IMG/VR virus record: IMGVR_UViG_3300046311_000202
DNA: 62,746 nucleotides
Strand: one strand, 5' to 3'
Source of the DNA: a virus
Taxonomy: Duplodnaviria; Heunggongvirae; Uroviricota; Caudoviricetes
The notes beneath the pieces are model-generated. The model saw nothing but the letters and a program-made list of their open reading frames with translations, was not told where the DNA came from and ran no database searches. Shown here piece by piece: positions 27,681 to 36,319 of this stretch. A program made the position numbers and the translations under genes. How positions within the stretch are numbered: position 1 is the stretch's first letter; every line of letters begins with the position of its first letter.

Positions 27681-27700
27681 TATTAAATAGTTAAATAATA

Positions 27701-27729
27701 CTTACCCCATCTTAATCGGTGGGGTAAGA
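27701..27729 (+). terminator. Hairpin/terminator after the MCP gene
   Basis: CTTACCCCA...TGGGGTAAG then ATATTT. Confidence 0.6.
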
Positions 27730-27740
27730 TATTTAACGAA

Positions 27741-27772
27741 TTTGCAAAATCTAAATATTATTTGTAATTTTG
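27741..27772 (+). promoter_or_regulatory. Promoter TTTG-N20-TAATTTTG
   Basis: Canonical boxes. Confidence 0.65.
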
Positions 27773-27852
27773 CATAATAATACAACCAACCAAACCAACC
27801 AAAGAATACCACCCAACACAGAAAAAAGTTAAGTAACCAAAAATAAAGTATT

Positions 27853-28824
27853 ATGGCAGTAAAAAGCAAAGATACAGATAATGTTATCCTTAAGATCTAT
27901 GACTTTGAACTTAAGAAAGATACACTGTATGAAATAAAAGAGAAGTTAGATACCTCTGCACCAGACGGTTTTAAAGAGTACAATACCACAAAAGTATTGA
28001 GCGATACAGTAGTAGACACTTTTCCAGGAGCAGTTTTTGATAGAGAGAGAGGTATTTGGGATACAGGTTTGTACCCTACATCTAGCTCTTTCATGAGAGC
28101 TGTACAAGTAGACAATAGAGCAGCAGCTCTTAAATCTATAAAAGATAATATTGTTAAGCCAATTGAGGCAGAAAAAGGAGTAGATGTTCTTGACCAAAAT
28201 TCAAACAACAACCGTTTTTGGGACTCATTTAGAATTGACTTACAAAGAGGTAAAATCTTTGACACTTCAAAAGCAGAAGATTTACTAAGGTTGTACCTAC
28301 TTTTGATACACAAAAGAGTTACACCAAAGCACATGGAATCTCATCCAGAATTCAAACAGCCTATTTCAATGTATTGCATTGTAGATAAAGAAAGCTCTGT
28401 AAGTAGAGAGGCTGAAAAAGAAATGAGACAAGCAAAAGCATCAGCTTTATTCTACAACTTATTAAGTACAGATAGAAAAGGTTTAATCAGAGTTTTAGAC
28501 TACTTAGGAATAAGTGCTTCAGACTCTACAGAAGATGCAGTTCTTTACACAATATTTGGTAACTATATTAAGTCAAAAGAAGATAAGTATCAAAATGATA
28601 AGATCTTTATTGAGACAGTAGAGAGATACCAAACAGAGGATGGAGAAGAAGAAATTTTTATCCACTCTAAGTTAAAAGAATTATACCTAAAAGGTAAAGT
28701 AAAAAATAAAAAAGGAGAGATCTGGATTGACGATGTATTCTTAGAAAGCGGATGGAAAAATGCTGCTAGAAAAGTAAAAGAAGACAAAGAGTTAAAGCAG
28801 ATTTTTACAGGACTTCTTGAGTAA
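27853..28824 (+). CDS. Conserved head-module protein (323 aa)
   Basis: Position after the MCP as in crAss-like synteny. Confidence 0.6.
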   Translation: MAVKSKDTDNVILKIYDFELKKDTLYEIKEKLDTSAPDGFKEYNTTKVLSDTVVDTFPGAVFDRERGIWDTGLYPTSSSFMRAVQVDNRAAALKSIKDNIVKPIEAEKGVDVLDQNSNNNRFWDSFRIDLQRGKIFDTSKAEDLLRLYLLLIHKRVTPKHMESHPEFKQPISMYCIVDKESSVSREAEKEMRQAKASALFYNLLSTDRKGLIRVLDYLGISASDSTEDAVLYTIFGNYIKSKEDKYQNDKIFIETVERYQTEDGEEEIFIHSKLKELYLKGKVKNKKGEIWIDDVFLESGWKNAARKVKEDKELKQIFTGLLE

Positions 28825-28833
28825 TATAAATAC

Positions 28834-28862
28834 GGGGGTATTTAAAGTACCCCCATTTTTTA
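28834..28862 (+). terminator. Intrinsic terminator
   Basis: GGGGGTA-N7-TACCCCC followed by a T-run. Confidence 0.7.
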
Positions 28863-28868
28863 AAAAAA

Positions 28869-29534
28869 ATGACTACAGAACAAGCTTACATAAAATTTTT
28901 ATTAAAAGTAAATGACAACTTTGAAAATTCAAATGTTGCAGGCGATAGAGGTAGGTTTGTAATCGTATTTAACGAAGCTCAAAATAAGATGATAGAATAC
29001 ATCTTAGACAACAAAAAAAGTGATGAGATCAGGTATATACAACAAATAATAGTACCTAACCACAAGATAATAAAAACAGCGTCTGTAGAATATGCAGACA
29101 CATTCTTACTACCAAAAAATTATTTCGACTTCTCTTCTGCATATACAAAGGCATCTAATAAAACATGTAAAGATCAAAAAATAAATCTTTACGAAATAAA
29201 AGATGATAATAAGGTAGAGATACTACAAGACGAATTTAATAAGCCTTCTTTCTTAGCTAGAGAGGCACCTTTCTCAATTTCATCCAATAACTTACACGTT
29301 TACAAAGACGGATTCTCAAATGATGAACTGTATGTAACATATTACAGATACCCTGTTCAGATTAAAACATTAGTAGATGACGATCCAGAAAGCCCATTTG
29401 ATGAGACTTTTTCACCAGAATTTGATGATAAATTTCTAGACAGAATACTATCAATGGCAGCAAGCTTGTTTGAAGGTAACTCTTCAGACCCAAAATATCA
29501 AATGGATATGCAAAGAGCTTTACAAAAAGTATAA
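28869..29534 (+). CDS. Head-tail connector / ring protein
   Basis: MTTEQAYIKF...FNEAQ...YYRYP...ILSMAA pattern and synteny. Confidence 0.55.
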   Translation: MTTEQAYIKFLLKVNDNFENSNVAGDRGRFVIVFNEAQNKMIEYILDNKKSDEIRYIQQIIVPNHKIIKTASVEYADTFLLPKNYFDFSSAYTKASNKTCKDQKINLYEIKDDNKVEILQDEFNKPSFLAREAPFSISSNNLHVYKDGFSNDELYVTYYRYPVQIKTLVDDDPESPFDETFSPEFDDKFLDRILSMAASLFEGNSSDPKYQMDMQRALQKV

Positions 29535-29571
29535 TAACAATAAATAAATAATAACTAAATTAAAATTAAAA

Positions 29572-31281
29572 ATGGCAAGTCACGCACCACAAACAATTTT
29601 ATTTGTTACTAACGAAGGTTCAGTAATGAGTAATGGCTACTCTACAAGATTAGCAAAAGGACAGTTTGGTATCGTTGATAAAGGAGCTACACCATCTGCA
29701 TTAGGTATGGCGGTAGTAGACACTTTTCCAGCAACACCAAAAGATAGATTATTTGAGTTGAAATTAGGTATCGCACCTTTGACACCAACTCGTTCTCAAT
29801 CTAACAAAGCATATTCTTCAATGCCTTTCAAACTTTCAGAAGTTGTAGACATTAAAGTTAACGCTCCAAAATTAGGAGTATCTGTAGATGAGTTCATCAT
29901 CGGTTACGATGGGATTAACTGGGATACAGCATTAACATTACAACCGGGGGATAATGAAGTTATCGATATCACATTAGCTGGAGAAGCTATTGGTATGTTA
30001 GGTTACCCAGAAGCAAAAGTAACAGTAAAACTTTACTTAGAAGCACCAAACGCTATTCCAGGACAAATGGTATCTGTTAACATGGAGAAAATTGTTCAAG
30101 AAGGTGTTGAAAGATTGAAAAAAGTAACTTTACTAGGAGGAGTTCCTATTACTGAGTATATTGATATTACTCCAGTAAATAGCTCAAACCCACAAACTGT
30201 AACAGGTACTGAATACACTTTCTTTGGTTTAAAAGTACAAGATGCAGGTAATGCAAGTGCATTAGGATTAGTGCAAGCACAATATCCAGCACACATTGTT
30301 AAGAGAGAAGGTTACAAAGGAGGAGTTTCTGAGTATGCAATCTTAGCACCAACATCTACAACTTTGGCATCTTTTGCTCAAATATTGTCTTCTCAAGACT
30401 CTGATTGTGCAGGATCACCTGATTGTACAGATACAGTAACAAACATTGCATGGACTGCAGGAGCAACTGCTACAGCAGTAGCTAAAACTTTTACTTTACA
30501 ATTGGCAGATGACAACTGTGGAGATAATAAATTAGAAGCTATCCAAGCAGCATACCCAGAATTAACTATCACTGCAGGAGACTCTCAAGCATGTCAAACA
30601 ATTTATACTACTACAGTATTATCTAACATTGTTTCAGAAGAGTGTTCACCAATCTTAAGAGACTTGTTCTCAGCAGAGGCACCATATTCTTACGAATTCG
30701 TAAGTTGGGAAGCAGCACCAGTACAATACAACGGTATGAGTTCTATGGGTATTCACTTGAAAAGTAAAGTTAATATCTTTGCTGGATCAGAAGAATACAG
30801 AGATGATTTACCATTCGTTTACTCTTCTACAAGAATCTCTATTGCTAATGCAGCTCCAGGACTTGTTTCTGAGTCATTCAAAATGGGATCTAATGGAAGA
30901 TTCAGTGTAAAAGTTCTTTCTATTGGAACAGAACCAGAAGCAGCAGGTGGACAATTCTATGACTTAGAAGAGCGTACTAGAGTATACTTTGAAAATCGTC
31001 AAAGATTAGCAGGTAATAACTACGGTAAATTAGTATTAGGACAGGAATCACACTTGAAACCAACAGTACAATACGTAGATTACTCTATCAGAATTAGAAC
31101 AAATCGTTTTGCTCAATCATTCTCAGGAGAAGTAGTAGAAAATATTGATTACCACATCTTAGTAGATGCTTGTAAATACCAAGGAGTAGAAGCTTTAGTT
31201 AATGCATTAGCAACAGCAGCTGGTTTACCAACTGTAGAAGCTTATCCAGTAGCTTCAGTAACTACAACTACTGGTGCTTGA
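29572..31281 (+). CDS. Abundant structural protein (auxiliary capsid protein-like, 569 aa)
   Basis: MCP-like codon bias, synteny; ends in TGA inside a Thr-rich linker. Confidence 0.65.
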   Translation: MASHAPQTILFVTNEGSVMSNGYSTRLAKGQFGIVDKGATPSALGMAVVDTFPATPKDRLFELKLGIAPLTPTRSQSNKAYSSMPFKLSEVVDIKVNAPKLGVSVDEFIIGYDGINWDTALTLQPGDNEVIDITLAGEAIGMLGYPEAKVTVKLYLEAPNAIPGQMVSVNMEKIVQEGVERLKKVTLLGGVPITEYIDITPVNSSNPQTVTGTEYTFFGLKVQDAGNASALGLVQAQYPAHIVKREGYKGGVSEYAILAPTSTTLASFAQILSSQDSDCAGSPDCTDTVTNIAWTAGATATAVAKTFTLQLADDNCGDNKLEAIQAAYPELTITAGDSQACQTIYTTTVLSNIVSEECSPILRDLFSAEAPYSYEFVSWEAAPVQYNGMSSMGIHLKSKVNIFAGSEEYRDDLPFVYSSTRISIANAAPGLVSESFKMGSNGRFSVKVLSIGTEPEAAGGQFYDLEERTRVYFENRQRLAGNNYGKLVLGQESHLKPTVQYVDYSIRIRTNRFAQSFSGEVVENIDYHILVDACKYQGVEALVNALATAAGLPTVEAYPVASVTTTTGA

Positions 31282-31638
31282 GGAGAAACTACCACCACAT
31301 CTAGTGCACCTGTACACAATGTTATAACTAGTGCACAAGTATACAACAATGCTTTAATGTCAGCATGGCCTTCTCCAAATGAAGGAACTGTATGTACAGA
31401 CGGATTCTATCCAAATAGCATAAGTATACAATTAGTAGGTGGAGACAACGTATGTAATGCGACAGCAGCAATAATTACAAACTTAGAACAATTCCAAACA
31501 ACTATTAATCACACAATAGCAGTTGGAGAAAATGTACAAGTACTTGCTTCTGACGGAGTTCAAAATACATTTAGAAACTTTGCATATAACGGAGATGGTT
31601 ATATGACAGCAAGTTCACAATGTAATACGTGTCAATAA
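31282..31638 (+). CDS. In-frame extension of 29572..31281 (readthrough segment; ORF track calls 31357..31638)
   Basis: Same frame, 25 sense codons between the TGA and ATG 31357; Thr linker continues across the stop. Confidence 0.6.
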   Translation, partial: GETTTTSSAPVHNVITSAQVYNNALMSAWPSPNEGTVCTDGFYPNSISIQLVGGDNVCNATAAIITNLEQFQTTINHTIAVGENVQVLASDGVQNTFRNFAYNGDGYMTASSQCNTCQ

Positions 31639-31654
31639 TAAATTAAACTTAAAT

Positions 31655-31686
31655 AGGGAGGAGAAAAACTCCTCCCTTTTTTTTTT
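31655..31686 (+). terminator. Strong intrinsic terminator
   Basis: AGGGAGGAG-AAAAA-CTCCTCCCT followed by a long T-tract. Confidence 0.9.
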
Positions 31687-31723
31687 ATCTAAATCTATAT
31701 ATAATACAATAAAAACAAAATAA

Positions 31724-32155
31724 ATGAAGACTTATGCACTATATATAGTTACATCTTTATTGGTGTTTTTTGCACCGGTTGTTGGAATATTAATAGCAGT
31801 AGGAGTTGCTATAGCACTAGACACAGTGCTAGGTATAGCTAAAGCTGTAATGATAAAAGATAAAGTTACATCTAGGAAACTTAGTAATATAGTATCGAAG
31901 TTTGTACTTTACCAATCTGCAGTATTATTACTGTATGTAATAGACCAATTTTTAATAGGTGAGTTTTTTAAGTTATGGTTTAGTATACCATTCTTTTTCA
32001 CAAAATGTGTAGCTTTGGTTATCATATTTATAGAACTTACTAGCATGAAAGAAAATTTTGAAGCGGCTTTTCAAATTGACGTTTTTCAAAAAATAAAAGA
32101 ATTACTTAGAAGATCTAAAGAGTTGAAAGACGACATAGACGAAATAAAAGGTTAA
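31724..32155 (+). CDS. Holin (phage_holin_4_1/TcdE-like)
   Basis: Three hydrophobic segments, IELTSMKENF motif, upstream of the endolysin. Confidence 0.8.
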   Translation: MKTYALYIVTSLLVFFAPVVGILIAVGVAIALDTVLGIAKAVMIKDKVTSRKLSNIVSKFVLYQSAVLLLYVIDQFLIGEFFKLWFSIPFFFTKCVALVIIFIELTSMKENFEAAFQIDVFQKIKELLRRSKELKDDIDEIKG

Positions 32156-32158
32156 AAA

Positions 32159-32623
32159 ATGACAACAGCACAAATAACAAAAAAGTACGGTACACCAAAT
32201 GAAACAGGTAATGGATATCTAACAAAGATCACTTTGCCTTATCCTATGAGATTAGCTTGGGATACAGATACTAAAGTTAAAACAATGATGTGCCACAGTC
32301 TAGTAGCAAATAACTTTATAGCAGTATTTAATGAGTTGCTAAAAGAGTATGGTTACGAAAAAATAGTAGAACTAGGCATAGACCTTTTTGGGGGATGCTT
32401 TAACTACAGAAAAATGAGAGGTGGATCAGCATGGTCTACACACTCTTGGGGAATAGCAATAGATTTAGATCCTGCTAGAAACCAACTAAAAGAGACATCA
32501 AAGACTGCAAGATTTGCAAGACCAGAATACAAAAAAATGATTGATATATTTTATAAGCATGGTTTTGAATCCTTAGGGAGAGAAAAGAATTATGACTGGA
32601 TGCATTTCCAAATAAAAAGCTAA
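32159..32623 (+). CDS. Endolysin, M15-family (L-Ala-D-Glu-type) peptidase
   Basis: [20 protein letters not shown]...DWMHFQ zinc motifs. Confidence 0.85.
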   Translation: MTTAQITKKYGTPNETGNGYLTKITLPYPMRLAWDTDTKVKTMMCHSLVANNFIAVFNELLKEYGYEKIVELGIDLFGGCFNYRKMRGGSAWSTHSWGIAIDLDPARNQLKETSKTARFARPEYKKMIDIFYKHGFESLGREKNYDWMHFQIKS

Positions 32624-32626
32624 ATT

Positions 32627-32959
32627 ATGGACATCATAAAAATCATTAAGTTTTTTAAAGAACAGTGGTTAGGCTCATTATTAATTATACTATGGTTTAT
32701 TTCTATAGTATTCTACCAAAATAAAAGAGAGCAACTAATACTAGAGGCAGAGAACTTAAAAACAAAAATAGAAAAATTAGAAGAAAAAGAAGCTACATAT
32801 AAAAAAGAGATAGTCTTACTTAAAAAGACAGATACTTTAATAGTAGAGAAAATAAAAAAGATAAAAGAAAAAGAGTATGTGCAAATTAAAATTATTGATA
32901 GCTTTACTGTTAGTGAGTTACAGCAGTTTTTCACAGATAGATACTCAGAAAAAAGATAG
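32627..32959 (+). CDS. Putative inner-membrane spanin (Rz-like)
   Basis: N-terminal TM segment + coiled coil, after the endolysin. Confidence 0.6.
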   Translation: MDIIKIIKFFKEQWLGSLLIILWFISIVFYQNKREQLILEAENLKTKIEKLEEKEATYKKEIVLLKKTDTLIVEKIKKIKEKEYVQIKIIDSFTVSELQQFFTDRYSEKR

Positions 32960-33353
32960 CTTAGTAATACTATCAGAAAGACAAGCTAAACTAGTAGCAA
33001 TAGACTTAGTAAAATATGACTCTTGTAAAGAGTTGTTAAAGGAGCAAGATTCTAGAATAGCAAATTTTAAAAGCATAGTAACTAACTTAGAAGGGCAGCT
33101 TTCAATAAAAAATGAAGTCTTACTAGAAAAAGACTTATACATTGAAGCACAAGATAAATTACTAAACAAGCCAAAGAAGATAGAACTACACGGGTACGCA
33201 GGTATTAGATCAAACGGTCTATCAATATTAAACCCCTCTATTTACGGTAATTTATTACTAGAGTATAGTAAATGGTCAACAGGTTTAAATTATAGCGTTA
33301 GCAGCCAGGAAAAAGCTATCTGGGGCATAGTTGTACAATATAAACTATTTTAA
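32877..33353 (+). CDS. Putative outer-membrane spanin partner (signal peptide, coiled coil, beta-rich C-terminus)
   Basis: Overlaps the i-spanin; signal peptide ...SFS|Q; ends VQYKLF; no lipobox. Confidence 0.5.
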   Translation: MCKLKLLIALLLVSYSSFSQIDTQKKDSLVILSERQAKLVAIDLVKYDSCKELLKEQDSRIANFKSIVTNLEGQLSIKNEVLLEKDLYIEAQDKLLNKPKKIELHGYAGIRSNGLSILNPSIYGNLLLEYSKWSTGLNYSVSSQEKAIWGIVVQYKLF

Positions 33354-33366
33354 AAATATAAACAAG

Positions 33367-33915
33367 ATGTCACAAATAGTAGGAGAAATAAAAATAGACT
33401 TTGATGTAATACAAACTACAGTACAAACACTTTGGATAGGTGATAATAGTGACTGGGTACATGCAGAGACTTTACCGGCAAACATACTTATAACACTACC
33501 AGGATCAAAAAAAGCACTAGTATTTTCATTTAAGAAGAACTCGATAAATGCATTTAATAGCCACAACTTAGGTATAACCTGCTTTACTAATGATTGTAAA
33601 GATGAGGTATATGCAGATCTACCAGATGGTGTATACACAATAAACTTAAAAAGTGGATATAGTAATTTTGAAAAAACAAAGTACTACCTTAAGACAGATA
33701 GAACAGAATTAGAATTATCAAAAGTAATAGTAAAACATGGCTTTGAGTATTCTAAAAACGATAAAGGTTTTAGAGAGAAAGCTTATGACATAGACTGGTT
33801 AATAAAAGTAGCCAAGGCCCATGCAAAATTAGGTGACTTTGTAAAAGCAGATCGCTTCTTTACTGAAGCAAAGGCGTTACTAAAAGGATTTGGAGAATGT
33901 TTAGACTGTATATAA
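33367..33915 (+). CDS. Tail hub-like structural protein (likely start 33367)
   Basis: DLPDGVYTI...YLKTD motif and synteny before the fibres. Confidence 0.5.
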   Translation: MSQIVGEIKIDFDVIQTTVQTLWIGDNSDWVHAETLPANILITLPGSKKALVFSFKKNSINAFNSHNLGITCFTNDCKDEVYADLPDGVYTINLKSGYSNFEKTKYYLKTDRTELELSKVIVKHGFEYSKNDKGFREKAYDIDWLIKVAKAHAKLGDFVKADRFFTEAKALLKGFGECLDCI

Positions 33916-33916
33916 G

Positions 33917-34264
33917 ATGGCAGGACAACAAAATTACTTAGAACTAAGTCAGGAAAATTACTTTGATAAATTTGAAAAAGATGTATTAATTAATGCTGAC
34001 TTATATTACCTAAACAAAAGATTTGGAGTAGGTAATGAATTAGACAGGGATAAGTTAAAACACGCTCAGATGTTTTACAACATGCTTTGTACAGACGAGT
34101 GTGAACTAATTGACTGGGTATTTAAAAAAATTAATGGTGATTTAGAAGGTTCTAAACACAAAATAAAAATTAAGGATTTTAAATTATACGATATACCATA
34201 CGGTATTGATCAACTAAACTCAATGGCCAACGAATGTTGTGATTGGGAAAAACTAGAATGGTAA
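33917..34264 (+). CDS. Hypothetical structural protein (115 aa)
   Basis: Packed in the tail module. Confidence 0.6.
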   Translation: MAGQQNYLELSQENYFDKFEKDVLINADLYYLNKRFGVGNELDRDKLKHAQMFYNMLCTDECELIDWVFKKINGDLEGSKHKIKIKDFKLYDIPYGIDQLNSMANECCDWEKLEW

Positions 34265-34265
34265 T

Positions 34266-34625
34266 ATGCAAGAAGTAAAACATTATAAAGTAAAAGTTTT
34301 ACCTACTAATCCAAGACCAAATTCAGTATACTACGTAAAAAATACTGGGGATGAAGATGTAACAACATTCATTACAGATCTAAATGGAGTACCAGTACCT
34401 CTAGTAGATACGTCAGGAGCACCAGTAGGAGATAAGAACTATGTTCATATACAATTAGCAGCATCTAATGTTTGGGAAATACAGCACAACCTAGATAAGT
34501 TTGTAGCAGTATTTGTAGTAGACTCAGGAGAAAGCGTAGTTATAGGGGATATTGAATACAACGACACTAATAAAATAACAATAAGATTCCAAGCATCTTT
34601 CTCAGGGAAGGCTTACTTAAATTAA
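34266..34625 (+). CDS. Tail-fibre-associated protein
   Basis: C-terminal WEIQHNL...VIGDIEY...ITIRF...SGKAYLN domain, similar to the C-terminus of the next gene. Confidence 0.55.
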   Translation: MQEVKHYKVKVLPTNPRPNSVYYVKNTGDEDVTTFITDLNGVPVPLVDTSGAPVGDKNYVHIQLAASNVWEIQHNLDKFVAVFVVDSGESVVIGDIEYNDTNKITIRFQASFSGKAYLN

Positions 34626-34637
34626 AAAACCTAAATT

Positions 34638-36296
34638 ATGAAATTTTTAGCTCACATTGACTTAAGCAAAAATCAATTACAGAATGCTGTAATTCACCCA
34701 CTAGGTACACCTCCAACTGGGGTAGAGGGGCAAATTTATTATAATTCTACAGTAGGGGATAAAAAATTATACATACACGATGGGACATCTTGGACACCAG
34801 TAGGTGACATAACAAGTGTAGCATCAACAACTTCACAATTAACTGTAACAAGTGGAACAACTGGAGCAGTATCATTAGCTCTAGACATAGCATCTACAGT
34901 AGCAAATGGAGGTACTGGCCTTGTAACATCAGATTTACTTTTTGATTATATTGCAGGAGGTACAGCCTCTGTAACATCAATTACAGCAGGAACTGGAGTT
35001 TCAGTAAGCGGGTCAACAGGGGCAGTAACAATAACAAACACAGATCTTGGATCTTCTCAAAACATATTTAAGAACTTTGCAGTAGCAGGTCAAAATACAG
35101 TTATAGCAGATACTAATAATGACACATTAACATTAGTAGCAGGATCAAATGTAACCATAACTACAGACGACTTAACAGATACTATTACAATAGCATCTAC
35201 AGATACAAACACAACTTACACAGCAGGTACAGGATTAACTTTATCTGGAACTACTTTCAACCACTCTAATGCTATAACAGCAAGTAACTTTGGAGACACA
35301 GGTGCTACAAGAACATTAGCTTTTGGTGGTACATTTATTGTACCTTACGTTACATATGATGCACAAGGTCACCTTGTAACAAAAAGTAACCTTACTTTAA
35401 CTTTACCAGCTACACCAGCAAACTGGTACCCTACAGCGTTCTCATGGACAGGAGGAACTTCAGCAGGACCAACTGGGTCATTAACTGGAGTAGGTATGTC
35501 AGCAGTAGCATACGGAGCCATACCATCGGCATCAGCTACAGCTTCAGGTATTGTTACAACAAATGGACAAACTTTTGCAGGAGATAAGACGTTCTCAAAC
35601 AACGTAATTATAACAGGTAATCTAACCATAAACGGTACTACAACTACAGTAAATACAGAGACCATTAACCTTGCTGATAATATAATAACATTAAACAGTA
35701 ATTATACTGGTTCAGCACCAACTGAAAATGGCGGTATTGAAGTAGAAAGGGGAACAATAGCAAATGTATCTCTTGTTTGGAATGAGAGTACAGATAGATG
35801 GACCTTTACAAATGACGGTACCAACTTCTATAACATACCTATATCAGGTGATGCTACTGTAACAAGTGTAGCACTTACACAAGGTAATGGTATAACTATC
35901 ACAGATACTTCATCAGGCACAGCAGAATCCTTTACAATCGCAGCAAACAATGCTTCAGAGACAGCAGTCGGAGTAATTGAGATAGCTACACAAGCAGAGG
36001 TAAATACTGGAACAGATACAGTTAGAGCTGTAACACCAGCAACACTTTCAACATATGTAGCAGCACAACTCTCAGCAGAGTCTTACGCATCGACACTAAC
36101 AGCTACATCAGGAGCACAAACAGTAACACATGGATTAGGTACATCAGATGTAATAGTACAACTATTTGACACTATTAATGGAGAAGTAATTTACGCAGAT
36201 ATAGCTAGATCAATGACTACTCCATTCGCAGTAACTGTAACTTTTGTAACAGCACCAACAAATCCAGTAAGAGCATTAGTTCAAAAAATTGACTAA
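34638..36296 (+). CDS. Tail fibre / fibre-like structural protein (552 aa)
   Basis: T/G/S-rich beta repeats, TTTTVNT..LADNIITLN, GGIEVERG motifs. Confidence 0.7.
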   Translation: MKFLAHIDLSKNQLQNAVIHPLGTPPTGVEGQIYYNSTVGDKKLYIHDGTSWTPVGDITSVASTTSQLTVTSGTTGAVSLALDIASTVANGGTGLVTSDLLFDYIAGGTASVTSITAGTGVSVSGSTGAVTITNTDLGSSQNIFKNFAVAGQNTVIADTNNDTLTLVAGSNVTITTDDLTDTITIASTDTNTTYTAGTGLTLSGTTFNHSNAITASNFGDTGATRTLAFGGTFIVPYVTYDAQGHLVTKSNLTLTLPATPANWYPTAFSWTGGTSAGPTGSLTGVGMSAVAYGAIPSASATASGIVTTNGQTFAGDKTFSNNVIITGNLTINGTTTTVNTETINLADNIITLNSNYTGSAPTENGGIEVERGTIANVSLVWNESTDRWTFTNDGTNFYNIPISGDATVTSVALTQGNGITITDTSSGTAESFTIAANNASETAVGVIEIATQAEVNTGTDTVRAVTPATLSTYVAAQLSAESYASTLTATSGAQTVTHGLGTSDVIVQLFDTINGEVIYADIARSMTTPFAVTVTFVTAPTNPVRALVQKID

Positions 36297-36319
36297 TAAC
36301 CCAATAGACTAAAACCAAC

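Noticed and set aside
34623-34640. Readthrough between in-frame ORFs 34266..34625 and 34638
   Set aside because: Two TAA stops in the spacer and a normal start context
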